Counted from the stretch's first letter, positions 1 to 12,726 are shown. The stretch is 64,000 bases of DNA from Octopus vulgaris (GCA_951406725.2 OX597814.1:118358001-118422000), one strand, 5' to 3'. Notes: generated by a model from the sequence alone, not told the origin. Made by a program: numbers and translations.

Positions 1-5
1 GGGGC

Positions 6-62
<57 letters not shown>

Positions 63-69
63 ATATATA

Positions 70-239
70 CCAGAGTATAGCACACAAATGCGAAAATGGT
101 GGAAAGAATAGTACACTAATACCAGAGATAGAGTAATATGCTTTATTAAAAAGCATAAAAGATATCACAAAAGCTGTTGCTCAGAGTTTCCCGTTCCAGT
201 TCGTCGGAATGTGAAACTCTGAGTAACGTATTTTGTGAT

Positions 240-240
<1 letters not shown>
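70..240 (-). mobile_element. Short non-autonomous Penelope-like element (family A) between (AT)n tracts, with fold-back end and degenerate hammerhead
   Basis: Similar to 14667-14897 and 29600-29745. Inverted repeat atcacaaaa..gttgctcagagtttc / gaaactctgagtaac..ttttgtgat. Minus strand reads CCGACGA-ACTGGAACGG-GAAAC-TCTGA-GCA. Confidence 0.6.
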
Positions 241-286
<46 letters not shown>

Positions 287-464
287 TAATTAAGGGTTAA
301 TTGCAACAAGTTGCTCAAAACCACATACCGAAAAAATTAGAAATAGCAGCCAAATTGGTCACTATTTCTCCTACAAACAAAAGTCTCCACAAACAAACAG
401 AATTTGTAACCTGTATATGGCAAAAAAAAAGGAAGAAAATAACGAAATCCCAGCCTATGGATTA

Positions 465-522
465 ATTATAGACGAATTGTTTCTGGATTAGAACCGAAGG
501 CTCATTTCCTTGTCAATATAAT
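465..522 (-). ncRNA. Minimal type I hammerhead ribozyme-like motif (U3:A8 core variant)
   Basis: Minus strand: ATTATA-TTGACAA-GGA..GAGCC TTC GGTTC..TCC-A-GAAAC-AATTC-GTC-TATAAT. 6-bp stem I and GUC triplet. Confidence 0.6.
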
Positions 523-621
523 ATTTCCTATAAATCTAGAAATGCTAGGGGAAAAACCCACCCTTTACACCAGCTCCTTTTTTGCTCTCCTTGTTTCTCT
601 CCTTGTTTTTTTTTCTGTGTA

Positions 622-659
622 TCTTTCTGTCGAAGAGCGTAGGCTCGAAACGTAAAAGA
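622..659 (+). ncRNA. Minimal hammerhead-like motif (A6U variant)
   Basis: TCTTT-CTGTCGA-A-GAGC GTAG GCTC-GAAAC-GTA-AAAGA. Same architecture as 55780-55812. Confidence 0.55.
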
Positions 660-772
660 CTTTTTCTATTTCTATTCCTGAGCGCTATACTAATACAATT
701 GTTTGTTTGTACTCCACCTGCCTTCGTCTTTTGTTTATTTTCGTAAACCTTCCCGTTATATATATGTATATA

Positions 773-808
<36 letters not shown>

Positions 809-1410
809 TGTATGTATGTATGTATGTATGTATATATGAATGTGTGTGTGTGTGTATGTGTTATTGAGAGAAGGAAAGAGATGCAGAAAGTGAGTCATAC
901 ATATAGATACAGATGTATGTATAAAAAATTATAAATAGAGACACAAAAGAACGATTAACGGAAATCGAGAAATATACATGAAGACAATCCACATATAATT
1001 GCGACAAGAATAAATACAACACCAGTGCATCTAACGTGCAGAATATTTTATTTCATGGTAAAACATTTATGATTGCATTAGCTATTGTCAATATCAATCA
1101 GCTGATGGTCCTTAGGTAATGCACAAGCTTGTACTTAGAAATGATCGTTGCTGGTGTTTGAATGAATGCTTTCCAACAAATATATGCAGACAAATATGAG
1201 ATCGATGTAGATGTTTAGAGGACACTGTCGATGTTGTCAAATGTTCTCATGGTCTTAATTTCTAAGGCCTCATTTGCATACATTTATATTTATAAGCTAC
1301 AGTGTCTACAATTAAATTACAATTAAACTAATTAGCTGTGTATAGGCATAGGAATTGCTGTGTTACAGGCGTAGGAATGGCTGTAAATAGGCGCAGGAAT
1401 GGCTGTAAAT

Positions 1411-1579
1411 AGGCGCAGGAGTGGCTGTGTGGTAAGTAGCTTGCTTACCAACCACATGCTTTCGGGTTCATACCCACTGCATGGCAACTTGGGCAAGTGT
1501 CTTCTACTATAGTTTCGGGCCGACCAACCCTTGTGAGTGGGTGGATTTGGTAGACAGAAACGGAAAGAAGCCCGTCGTA

Positions 1580-1635
<56 letters not shown>

Positions 1636-1809
1636 CATGTATATATGTGTGTGTGTGTGTATGTGTATGTTTGTTGGTCTGTGTGATATCGGTAGAATAA
1701 GTAATTGGCTTACAAAGAATAAGTCCTGGGCTCGATTTGCTCGACTAAAGGCGGTGCTCCAGCATGGCCACATTCAAATGTCTGAAACAAATAAGAGTAA
1801 AAGAGTAAC
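1411..1809 (+). mobile_element. tRNA-derived SINE, type 1 (head, internal AT/GT microsatellite, tail)
   Basis: Head aggcgcaggagtggctgtgtggtaag..gggttca (A/B-box like). Tail ggcggtgctccagcatggcc..tgaaacaa..(aagagta)n. Several homologous copies in the window. Confidence 0.9.
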
Positions 1810-1976
1810 TGATAGCAATGATCACACTACCTAGATACATAAGCCAGGCGGCTCTGTATAGGTGGGTAGATTATTGTGAAAATGTGAGTAAAATAAATAT
1901 TCAGACGCAGTCAAAGACTAACGTATTTTGGGGTGTGTTCATCCACGCTTGTTCTAGTGAAAGAACATATATGCGC

Positions 1977-2051
<75 letters not shown>

Positions 2052-2052
<1 letters not shown>

Positions 2053-2330
2053 TGATAAAAATGGTAAGACAACAAAAGAAATAAAGAGTCCTCGATATTA
2101 TGTAAATATAGGAATTTATCTGTAATGTGTGATAATTATTCGGTAACCATGATAAAACGCCGAGTTCCGGATGCCGAGGTGGAAATCCACGCCGCCATGA
2201 AGAGATGGCGGCGTGGATGTCATGATAAAAAATGCTAAAATAAAAATATTTCAGTACCCGTGTCAGTCATTGAGACTTTTTCAACTGTAATTTTGCAAAT
2301 CAATCAAATTTTGGAAAAAATAAAATATGA
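2052..2330 (-). mobile_element. Short Penelope-like remnants with perfect 14-bp fold-back and degenerate hammerhead (2252-2287)
   Basis: atccacgccgccat-gaagag-atggcggcgtggat. 2252-2287 is homologous to the hammerhead at 28390-28427. Confidence 0.5.
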
Positions 2331-2673
2331 TATAATATATGTACATACATACATACAGCCATACATACACATATATATATTTATTTATTTATTTATTCAA
2401 ATTAAGAGGATGTAATTTCCTTCTAAGGGAATGTTAATATGAATCCTGATATCAACTGCCTTTATCAACTATATTGAAAGAAACCTCTTCAATATATATG
2501 GATAAACAGTCACTTAAATTTTAAAGTTAATGAAAGAAAATGGAGAAGAAGAAGTATAATAGATACTTCGTTCTATTATTTATATCATAATGGAGAAATG
2601 ATGCAAAGTAAAAGTGATACATATAAGAATATAAGAAAGCGGATCAACAAAATATGAAAAAAAGTTACCGATA

Positions 2674-2768
2674 TCCTACACATGTTTCAATCCGACAGTA
2701 TGTTTGTATAATCGACATCCAAACGATTACAGATGTGAAAAATATATTTCGTCGGGTATCTTCAGGAA
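2674..2768 (-). ncRNA. Hammerhead-like motif with extended stem II
   Basis: Minus strand: TTC-CTGAAGA-TA CCCGAC...GTCGGA TT-GAAAC-ATGT-GTA-GGA. Palindromic ACATGT in stem III. Confidence 0.45.
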
Positions 2769-3577
2769 AAAGTAAGTATATTTTCCGGTCTTCAATTACG
2801 AAATAACTAATTTGAGGACTGTGTTTTGAAATATTCAGATGTAAACAGCAACAACAACCTACTAGGGCGGGGATTTCATGTGAGTAGATATTGATTGTTG
2901 AAATTTAACTAATAATGATCCCTGAAATGATGCTAAAACATCACAGTCCATTTGAAATATATATTTATAAATGTTCATGGGAGGAAATTTAGATAAAGAC
3001 AAATGTAACTTATTATGATGGACACAAGTTACAAATAATTAGACTGAAAAATGTAAAGAAAGAAGCTGTGAAAAGTGTTTTTTAAATATTATACTACGAT
3101 AATGCTATTTAGAATTATAATATTGTCATTATTTAGGATTTAAATGGATTAGGATGTACTTTCCTTTCTTCGAAGAAAAACTAGTTATGTAAAAATTATT
3201 AGGCATATAAAAAGACTTTATTGTACTTATAGGATTCGAAGAAAAAAAGCATGTTTAACCGGTAGTGTAGTTTAATATTATTGGAAGATACTACACAAAT
3301 AGTTATGGTATTGCATAAATAGATGAGAATTATACAAATAGAAACATTCTCCCTCAAATCGGAAGACGAATGATACTACTAAAATTGACTCTAATATTAT
3401 GCCTATACGAAGTAGGGGTACTAATACCAACACATGCAATAATGATCATTATGTTAACGTAGAGTTAAAGCAAATTGTAAATTTAACAATTACCGTAAAC
3501 GCCAAAAGCTAGTATACGAATCTACAGTTGAAGCTGAAAGTAAACGTTTCTATTATCTTGGAGTAACAGCGTGTTAC

Positions 3578-3811
3578 GTGAGATATCATATCGCGAACCA
3601 GGAAACTTCATTTCGAAATATTAATAAACGCTGTAACAGAGGACCTAGTATATATATCTGGAAACTTAAAGATAGAAAAAAGAAAACTATAAAAGTTCTA
3701 AATTATGCGCTACTCTACAAACCACCAGCGAAGACAGGCTCGCTCTGCCTAGACGAAACTTATAACATCCTGTTCTCTAAGTACAATCTCTTAAACGATA
3801 AAATTTCATGA
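3578..3811 (+). pseudogene. Penelope-like element GIY-YIG endonuclease C-terminal remnant
   Basis: IANQETSFRNINKR..SIYIWKLKD..YKP...SLCLDETYNILF..LLN resembles the PLE consensus NHxxSFxxxxKxxxTxLSxYIWxLK..PY...CxLCLxEKxxIL..LLN. Confidence 0.7.
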
Positions 3812-3814
3812 TAA

Positions 3815-3990
3815 TCCACATATCATGCCCTGGTGCAAACAGTATCAGAGAGAAAGAACAGACACAAAAAAGATCAACTATGAAGATTTGAAGTGGGAAA
3901 TACGCAGTTTGTGGGAAATGAATAGAGCGGATGTGATACTAATATCAATTGGCGCGCTTGGAAGTATCATCAGTCAACTACCAACATGAA
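3815..3990 (+). pseudogene. R4/Dong-type non-LTR retrotransposon restriction-like endonuclease remnant
   Basis: ISCPGANSIREKEQ..KINYEDLKWEIRSLWEM..VILISIGALGSI matches DIxxPxD..KExEKxxKYxDLxxEIxRLW..VIGALG. Confidence 0.7.
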
Positions 3991-4315
3991 CAGACGTTAC
4001 TGTAAAAGATCCAATTAAAGGTAAGGATTGCTAACTGACTTGGTAAGCTAAATCAAACGGGGGTTGAAGCAAGGATAAGCAATGAGATGAAACAGTAATC
4101 ATGCTAATAAAATTATCTCTAAATTATCACATCCTCTAGTTGAGAGAGATAACCGGAAAAATGTCTGGAATTCATTACCCCACTTCAACTGGGTAAGCTG
4201 TAGTAACATAACATGAAGTATCATGATCAAGGAAACGACTGGATGCGTTAGCTGAGAATCGGATTACAAACCATATGTTTATAATTTCAACAATATATAT
4301 ACAAAGCCACGCGTG

Positions 4316-4433
<118 letters not shown>

Positions 4434-4679
4434 AGCACATGCATACAAAGACATGCATGCATTAGTTAAATATTAATTTTCACTCATGAAAATCTCATAT
4501 GTGAACTAACTACTGTATGTCTCAAATCAAACACCGTTTTATTTGGAAGTAATCATATAACCTGGCTACGTCAATTTCAGGTGATATCATTTGCTTAGAC
4601 AATACATTCAAAATTAAATTATTTCTACTCTGTGACACAACAGTTCTGCATTATTATAACTAATTTTTTTCTAGTTAGA

Positions 4680-5084
4680 GCCATTCATCTTCATGATACT
4701 TCCGGAACTGTTGTTAGGTGTTTTGTTGAGGTGTATAAAACCATGGATAATGATCACTATACGGCCTTATTTCAGGCTTATGCTCAAGAAATTCCTCTAA
4801 AGGAATTTCTAAACCAGGTCTTAATTACATTTCATAATTCAATAAATATTGTCATTTCCCACAGTGGTTGGTCTGTCATGCGGATAATTATGTATAATGT
4901 CAAATTGACATCAATTCACAATATTGCTCGTGTTCTGAGAATTTCTTGCTAGACTCCTTTAGCAACAACTCTGGAACAATTACTTCCACCTCACTGTTTG
5001 CTTAATAATTCCACGTCGACTTAGCTAGGAATTTTTCCATACCCAAAAGTCAGAAGACAAAGTAAAAGTACTAAGATATGCGAG
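4680..5084 (+). pseudogene. DOCK-family (DOCK1-5-like Rac GEF) pseudogene fragment, apparently intronless
   Basis: MDNDHYTALF..PLKEFLNQVLITF..GWSVMRIIMYNVKL.., then after a frameshift QQLWNNYFHLTV..KY*DMR. Matches the DOCK conserved segment HY..DFL..DWxxM..QLWNNYFHLAV..YGDMR. Contains stops and frameshifts. Confidence 0.75.
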
Positions 5085-5799
5085 TTTTACTTCGATATCA
5101 AGTTCAAATACTCTGGAAGGACGTTCATTTCATATACACGCGCGCACACAAATAAAAAAACTTACACACCTACACACACACACACACACACACACTCATA
5201 TTGGAAATGGTGGATCTAGATGCAAGTAAACTATAAATAATAGCGTGTAAAAAGTGGGCTAACAATTTACAGATAGACAGACAGACAGATACAGATAGAT
5301 AGAATTCTTTAAAGTCTAGCATAGTTTAGTTGGAATTTGGAACGATTCCAGGTGCACAGCGGCTTTCTTGTTTCTCTTCTTAAATATTATTGCAATTTGC
5401 AGGTGCATATATGTATACTTTATGAACTATCACATTGAAATACAATGAAAATAACAGCGCTGCACTTAGTAGGGTAGGATTGCGTACGCATTGGAGAGTA
5501 TATGAACATAAATTATAAATCCGTGTTCAAACTAAATTTACTGTATTAATATAACTAAACTGAATTCAATGAAAATATATTTCAATACATACTTTTAGAT
5601 TAACTGGTTTCAGTCAAAGGATGTGGCTATGTTGGGACATTGCTTTTAGGGTGAGTGGTTTTTTGTACACACTTACGTCTCTGCTTTCTGTTTGAAATTG
5701 TTTCTGCTGGAGCTACACTTCTTAGTGCTTTATGTGGGTTCATGTATGTGGGCGTTGGGGTTTTCTTTTAAAGGATTCGGCTCTACACATCGCAGATGT

Positions 5800-6200
5800 C
5801 TGACAATGTATAGCAGAGTGTTTACAATTTGTAGGTCTTTGAAAAGTTTGGCATTTTTACCGACCTTAATTTTCGAGGATTGAACGCTGAAGCTTGCGCA
5901 TTACTATCCTTGATCCTTGGAGCTGCAACTCCAGCATTCAGTTGTGCCTCCATCTGCTCATAAGACGCGAGATTCTTAGATGTTGTCACTTGCCTCAGTG
6001 ATGTTCCATAAACTGGTAGACTGCACTGGGAATTCGTTTTTGAGAAGACCATAGTCTCACTCGTCGCTACAATAATTCTCATCCTACCTTGCAGCAATCG
6101 GCAGCGAAAGCGTTCAGTGCATTCTGGATGACACCTTCTGATGAGTAATGTATCGGCATGTGGTTTCTTAATATCTGCTGATCGAATCAGCTCCACTGAT
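5800..6200 (-). pseudogene. RTE-clade LINE reverse transcriptase remnant
   Basis: MRIIVATSETMVFSKTNSQCSLPVYGTSLRQVTTSKNLA resembles RTE GMxIxxxKSExMVxSR..CxLxVxGxxLxQVxxFKYLG. Confidence 0.55.
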
Positions 6201-6675
6201 TAAGATACCAATTCCATAACTGCTGTTTAAATCAATCCAGTCCACAAGAATTATGACAAGGAGAGATGATAATCCATAATCATGAAGGTGTCAATAACCA
6301 CTTTGAAGGTTTCGACTGAGCACCGTTTAGCAACTCATACCCGTCAGGACATTCGTATAGGGACTTCACGAAAACCAGAAGTGGCCCATTAATCTCAGCC
6401 TCCTGCAAAACCATTTCAGCATGTTCCACGGTACGCCGTCATATGGCTTTTCGAGGTATACAATGCAAGGTTACACCACCTGGCAGTGCTCACGCGATTT
6501 CTGTAAGACTTGCCACGCAGTGAACATCTGGTCGATAGTTGTTGTGGTGAAAACATGACACCTGAGTGGGATATCAAGTGAATTGTCCTAAGCCTTATAA
6601 AGGCGGATGCGCACTGACAGTGCAACGTACATTGTGGTGTGTACAGTCGTTGAGAAGAGATATAACTTTGTTACG

Positions 6676-7030
6676 TGTTAGGATTTTGTTTTTGTAGTGT
6701 TATAACACTGTTACAGTTTAGTCTGTAGTCTGTATCAAAAGTCAAGGATATAATAGTGGTGACGAGACACTCCAATTTACAATCGACGTTCTTAGCATGG
6801 AAGAATTAGTAGCTTCCGTGGTACATTTGCAACGGCAACAAGGCAAAAACAGCAATAGCAGTAACAGTTGCAACGGCAACTACAGCAGCAACAAGACCAA
6901 TATAAACTGCAACAACTGGTACAACAGCAACAACAACAACATTGAAATCAACAGCTGTTGGAATTATTGTTGCAGTCCAAAAAACACTTCAGGTTCATTT
7001 TCGGCAGACGGCGTTTCTGATTCAATTGAA
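6676..7030 (+). mobile_element. Gypsy-like LTR retrotransposon 5' remnant (LTR piece, PBS, gag start)
   Basis: tgttagg.. start, PBS-like gtggtgacgag at about 6756, then ATG 6797 MEELVASVVHLQRQQ with a CAG/CAA-rich tract and SFSADGVSDSI. Confidence 0.45.
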
Positions 7031-7457
7031 GAAGAATGCCAAAGGATTATAAATTTCCGACAGAACGTAGAAATAATTCAAAAAATTATTCAAATATACA
7101 TACGTGTCGACTAGTAACAGATAAGAAAAAAGAAGAAAAAAAAAAGAAAACAGCGGTCAAGACCCAAATCAAGCTATGGGTGTGTAGAAATATATTTTGA
7201 ATGAAACTGCCCTTTTAAAAATATAAATTGTTTTGGATGTGTGAAAATCAGACAGAAGAATTCAGATTGTTTGATAAAACGAAAAAGGTGGAACGAAAAC
7301 AATCCGAGAAAAAAAATGTATTGTCAACACAAATACAAACAGACGCACAAAAAAGAATATCTCTCTCCATGAAAATAAATAATGTGAACACGAGACTACG
7401 CTGGACAGAGGTAGTGATATCACGAAAATTAACGCTGATACGTGGAGAAAGATAGGA

Positions 7458-7611
7458 AAGCCTACATTGCAGGGGGTGGGTATCTGTCTAGGCCTACTAT
7501 GAAACGGAAGATTGACCGACTATGTTTGACAGCTTATGTTAAGAATGTAACATAGTTGGTCATTCTCCTACATCGTAGTAGGCCTCGACAGAACATTCCT
7601 GCTGTAAGCTT
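7458..7611. repeat. About 150-bp imperfect hairpin (MITE-like)
   Basis: Arms aagcctaca..ctgtctaggcctactatg..gaccgactatgtt and aacatagttggtc..catcgtagtaggcctcgacag..tgtaagctt. Confidence 0.7.
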
Positions 7612-9684
7612 GGATATTCTTTGGTTTTGTAAAATAATTTCTCATCTGATGATTACGGTGTTTTATAAATGTAATAATGTTCTTATTCTTCTATTAAAAA
7701 GTTAGGTAAGAAACAGCTGTAGTGAGCTGACAGTTATCAACCGTAAGTTATTATTCATTTGATTATGTGTGTGTGTGTATTTATAACAACGTTGTTTTCA
7801 GATATTTACTCGTGCTTTGGCATTATGTAATCAGAAATTGAAGCGATTGCAGCTGCTGTGTGGCATTTCCATTTCCCAAACAAGATGGATCTCTACTCTG
7901 TTAATACATTAGCATTTATTTAGCTGACAAAGTAAAAGTTAAGCAGTGAAACTCATCGTGTAATCAGTGTTGCTTGCAGTAAAAATCTGATCGCCCACAC
8001 TACATCAAACGCATAGTGAGTTATGACATCTATGATATACGTCACTGTTTGTATAGCAAATATAAATGTAACTGTTTTATAGTAGTCAGGAGACTAAATG
8101 ACGTCTGCAAGATGATATTGGATTGGGTTCGGTTTGCATTGATAACTTGCAACTCATTATAAAACACATCGAGTTAATTCCATTAATATATAATAAGGAA
8201 TATGGTGACAGCTAATATAAAAGACTTTTATGCACGTCGCAGCACACTGATATATAATATTTGGACAGTTCTCAACTACTTTTTGTTGGTATTATTATTG
8301 CACTATTCCGTAACTAAATTGCTTTGCATTATAAATTGTAAAGTTAGGTTTAGTTACTATTGAAAATGTTAACACATATATAATTTATATAATCCACACT
8401 TCTTAAAATATTTCTCCTTATAAGATTCGAATTTTGACCTTCCTGGGAAAATATATTTTATTTTCTCGCTTTGAATATTTCTATTTATTCTATTAATTTA
8501 TATGCAAAATTTCAATTCCTTCACGCAAATGTGTTTCTTTAAACCTTCATGAAAATCCGAAGTTAATTGTTGTTTACCTCTCCGATAGAAATATGATTTA
8601 ATCATGAGAAGCCTATTAGGATAATAATGAACAGGGTGAAGTCATATGAGATCTTCGTAGCAATAGCAAGTAGCTCTTGCTTTAGATGTCGTATTTCGAT
8701 AAACAGAACATTGAAAGAATATTAACCGATTATATTTAATAGTTAATAACAGCCACGTAATGCCTGTCAATTTCAATTTCTCCATAGATTGTTTATAGAT
8801 ACATTGCTTCTTATATTTCATTATTTCTGCGAGGTAATTAGAAGCTTTCGGATAAAAAAGAAGCAACATCCCCGCGTTACCCCATTATCATCCCCAATTA
8901 ATTCAGTGATTGCGTTTAACTTTGGGCTATTATAGTGAACTTTTTTCAAAATTCAAAACTTCATATAGTAATAAAACAGTCATAAAGAATATTATCTTTT
9001 CCTTTCTTTTACTCATTAGCGAAAATTTAATTAATCTATTTCTCTCTGGCTGTAAATGTGCGTGACTATTAAATCACACCGGTGGGAATATTAAGAATGT
9101 TTTTCCTCCCAAATTACAATGATTTCCTGTGATTTCTAATAATTTGCTATTTGCTGATAATACACACAGAATAAAAGGTGATGTAATGAAAGAATATTAT
9201 CCAATATCGTTGCTTTCAAAGGCTTTAAGCTAACCAATATTACATCGCTAATGTAGATCTCATCATTAAATATTACAATAATTACATGTAACGACATATT
9301 CTTTTGAGGAATTCGCCCATTACAGCTGCCAATCAATATTATTTATGAGGTCAAAAGTTTATGCCGAGATGATTTGGACTCTACATAAAATGTTGTTTGT
9401 TTGCGAGTTTGATAATTCTTCATTGTGGAAAAATTCTATTTTCTTTCTTCCTTTCTTTTATTAATTTATTTATTTATCTATTTATTTATTTTTGCAGCAT
9501 CAAATGGACCGGTATGAATGCAACAATTTCAAGGCTTTAAATCAAGTACATCGTCCTCTGGATTTATCGATCTTAATTCAACGATTTTAAATTAAACCTG
9601 TGGAGCTAATTCATAACTGTTATTTACACTAATTTTTCCACTAGTTGAAAAAGAATAACTCATTTACAAGCGAGCCAAAAAAGC

Positions 9685-9747
<63 letters not shown>

Positions 9748-10846
9748 TTCAATTTCTGTTTCGTTCTTCCTCTCTCTCTCTTTCTCTGTATGTTTGTGTG
9801 TATCTGTGTATGTGTTTGTGTGCGTGTTTTCATTCATTTTTATTTCAAGATTTCTTGCAAATAGGGAAAGATCTGCTTTCTATCCTAGATTCAAGGCTAT
9901 TTATTCGGAATTTCAACATCAACAGGGTATTTTAGTATGTATATCTGTATGTATGCATGCATATGTGAGGATTTATATGTTTTTTTATGAATATATTCTT
10001 ATGTATACAGTTGCTATCTAGATATGCCCGTATATAACGTATTTCATGACCTCAACATTTTTCTAACCCAAAACGGCTTAAAAATCCCCGTGTGTCCAAT
10101 GTACTCAATGTAGGCTCAAAACCCGTGACAATTGCCCGAAATTATACATCATAGGTCACATAGTTGTAGCCTAGTAGACTAGCCTAACTCTCTATGATAT
10201 TGCAATAGCCTATTTTTTTTCAAAACAACATTAGATCATTATTATTATTATTTATCATCATCACGATTACCATTGCTATAATTATTATATATATTGTTAT
10301 TATCGATATTTTATTACCCGATATCTGTAACGGCGTCTTAACCATCAATTGGTAGCAACGCTGAAACTGCCGGGAAACGTTTCTAACATTCGCTATATGA
10401 GGGATAACACGAAATCTTCGTTCAGTGGGTCACGAGATACATGTCTCAGAACATAGCTGAAATTTGCGGATATGTATAACATTAGGGCACACGTGTCTAA
10501 TTATTGACAAAGTCAGGTCATATTTTACTTTTTCATATGTGTATAAACAATTCACGAGAAAAATAATTCACGAAAAATTGATTTGCAAAAATAATTTTGC
10601 TATTATCTAGTGTAACTATTTAAAAAATGATAATAACAGAATCAATAATATTGCAGGACCAAACATGCATTAAATAGCTGAAGGATTACAATTAATCAAA
10701 GGACATACAAAGTTTGTCTACCTGCTAGAACTAGTAGTCAAGACTTATTTAAATCGTCAAAATACACTGAAGGTAATTGCAGAAAGTAACCGAAGGAAAG
10801 TGGGGTTAAGACAATCTCCCAACGTACATTTAAGTATTCGGATTCC

Positions 10847-10896
10847 CGTGGACCGGTTTCTGCACTGGCAAAAATAGCCTTAGCTTCTTCAGCATG
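10847..10896 (-). ncRNA. Minimal type I hammerhead ribozyme
   Basis: Minus strand: CATG-CTGAAGA-AGCTAAGGC TATTTTT GCCAGTGCA-GAAAC-CG-GTC-CACG. Confidence 0.65.
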
Positions 10897-11062
10897 CGTT
10901 ACCATGATAGAGACGTCCAACCTATCGTTTTCATTATATTATTGATTCTGTTATTATCATTTTTGAAAATGTTATACTACATAATAACAGAATTAAGAAT
11001 AGCTTCCCAAATTGATTTTTCGTGAATTAATTTTCTTCTTTGAAGTCTCTATCATGGTAACG

Positions 11063-11111
11063 CGTGCTGAAGAAGCTAAGGCTATTTTGCCAATGCAGAA
11101 ACCGGTCCACG
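11063..11111 (+). ncRNA. Minimal type I hammerhead ribozyme, canonical core
   Basis: CGTG-CTGAAGA-AGCTAAGGC TATTTT GCCAATGCA-GAAAC-CG-GTC-CACG. GUC triplet and palindromic ACCGGT stem III. Confidence 0.75.
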
Positions 11112-11285
11112 TGAATCAAAATATTTAAATATACGCTGGGAGATTGTCTTAACATGATTTGTCTTCGGTTGATTTCTGTAGTTATTTTCAGTGTATTTGT
11201 TGATATATATATACAAGTATCTGACTGTTATATCCAGCACGTAGACGTAGTATTTACTTTAATTAATTTTAATACACACACACAG

Positions 11286-11346
<61 letters not shown>

Positions 11347-11347
<1 letters not shown>

Positions 11348-12451
11348 TTTTGATACTTTGATACTTTGATAGGTTTCGGCCATTATTGGCCCAGGCCATG
11401 TCTAACTTAATAGCACCACCTGGTGAAGTCTTTCAAGTCAGAATTTGGGCACTATGGCCCACTCAAGTAGAGAGTTATTGTTTACAGAGACATATCCGGG
11501 TGTAGGGGGTTTATCCGGGATTTCTTGAAGGAATCTGTCCAAAGACTTCTTGAACCCTATAGGGTCAGTTTCTGTTTTAATGTGTTTTGGTGTAATGTTA
11601 AAGAGAGCGGGGCCAATTGAGGTGAAATAATTGTGCCGTATTGTTGTTATGAGATGAGAGTGCGATTTTTGTTTTGGGCGGATGGCACGGGGCCCAAGCC
11701 TTGGATGTACCTTAAAGGTGATGCCAACATCATTTGGGCAATGCTGATGGAATATTTTCCACATCATGCAGATGATGTAGCGCTCACGACGACGTTGGAG
11801 AGAATAGAGTTTTAGCTTTTCTAGTCGACCCCAATAGTCGAGGCCTGTCATGCCATCTATCTTTTTTGTGATTGCCCTTTGAGGTGCTTCGACTTTTATG
11901 ATACCTTGTATTGTGTGGGGAGACCACAGTGGACAACAGTATTCAAGGTGGGGTCGGGCAAAAGTGGAGAAGAGAAGGATAATGGTGTGGATATCTCTCG
12001 ACTGGAAAGTTCTGAGAATCCAGGAACACATTCTGCGGGCCATGTCAACTTTGGTGTTTATATGAGTGGCCCAGCTTACGTTGTTGTCCACAATTACTCC
12101 CAAGTCTCTGATGTTGTTGGACGCCGCGAGAGTTTCACCTGAAGGAAGGGAGTATGGGAGTTTCGGGGCATCCTCTTTTCCAAAGTGGATTAGCTCAAAT
12201 TTATCCTCGTTCAGCAGCATATTGTTTTTTTCTGCCCATTGGATAACAGCCAGTAGATCTGACTGAAGGCATGTCCGGTCACTCGCCTCATTTATGACCT
12301 TCTGTAGCTTGGAGTCATCTGCAAAGGTTTTTATGTTGCTGTGCTTGATGATGTCATTAATGTCATTAATGTAAATGATGAAAAGAAGTGGGCCCAGCAC
12401 AGTACCTTGCGGAACGCCACTACTGACTTTGGCTGGGCTTGATTTTACCCC
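11347..12451 (-). mobile_element. 5'-truncated CR1/L2-group LINE with (ATCAAAGT)n tail, inserted between microsatellites
   Basis: RT ORF plus short 3' UTR and tandem tail (tttgatac x3 on the + strand). Confidence 0.9.
11438..12451 (-). CDS. LINE ORF2 reverse transcriptase, C-terminal part (no stops)
   Basis: [51 protein letters not shown]. The ORF-track N-terminus (12452-12529) is microsatellite. Confidence 0.92.
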   Translation of the reverse strand, partial: GVKSSPAKVSSGVPQGTVLGPLLFIIYINDINDIIKHSNIKTFADDSKLQKVINEASDRTCLQSDLLAVIQWAEKNNMLLNEDKFELIHFGKEDAPKLPYSLPSGETLAASNNIRDLGVIVDNNVSWATHINTKVDMARRMCSWILRTFQSRDIHTIILLFSTFARPHLEYCCPLWSPHTIQGIIKVEAPQRAITKKIDGMTGLDYWGRLEKLKLYSLQRRRERYIICMMWKIFHQHCPNDVGITFKVHPRLGPRAIRPKQKSHSHLITTIRHNYFTSIGPALFNITPKHIKTETDPIGFKKSLDRFLQEIPDKPPTPGYVSVNNNSLLEWAIVPKF

Positions 12452-12480
12452 ATATATACATATATTTATGCATGTATATA

Positions 12481-12518
<38 letters not shown>

Positions 12519-12552
12519 AATACATACATTTATACATACATATACACACACA

Positions 12553-12610
<58 letters not shown>

Positions 12611-12648
12611 GATCAAAATAAAAATAAAAACATGAGGCGAAGGATTCA

Positions 12649-12726
12649 GCGGTACATATGTTTCGGGCCTTTATTAGACAGATTTATAACAAAGCATAAT
12701 GTATGTCTGTGGCCTTCTTCAGCCGC
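12649..12726 (-). ncRNA. Type I hammerhead ribozyme, extended stem II
   Basis: GCGG-CTGAAGA-A GGCC ACAGA...TCTGT..GGCC C-GAAAC-ATAT-GTA-CCGC. Confidence 0.7.

Larger units (their letters stand above)
10560..11153. mobile_element. Inverted-duplicated Penelope-like termini (A-B / A'-B')
   Basis: 10805-10916 is the inverted copy of 11044-11153. 10560-10650 is inverted at 10935-11030. Confidence 0.7.
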
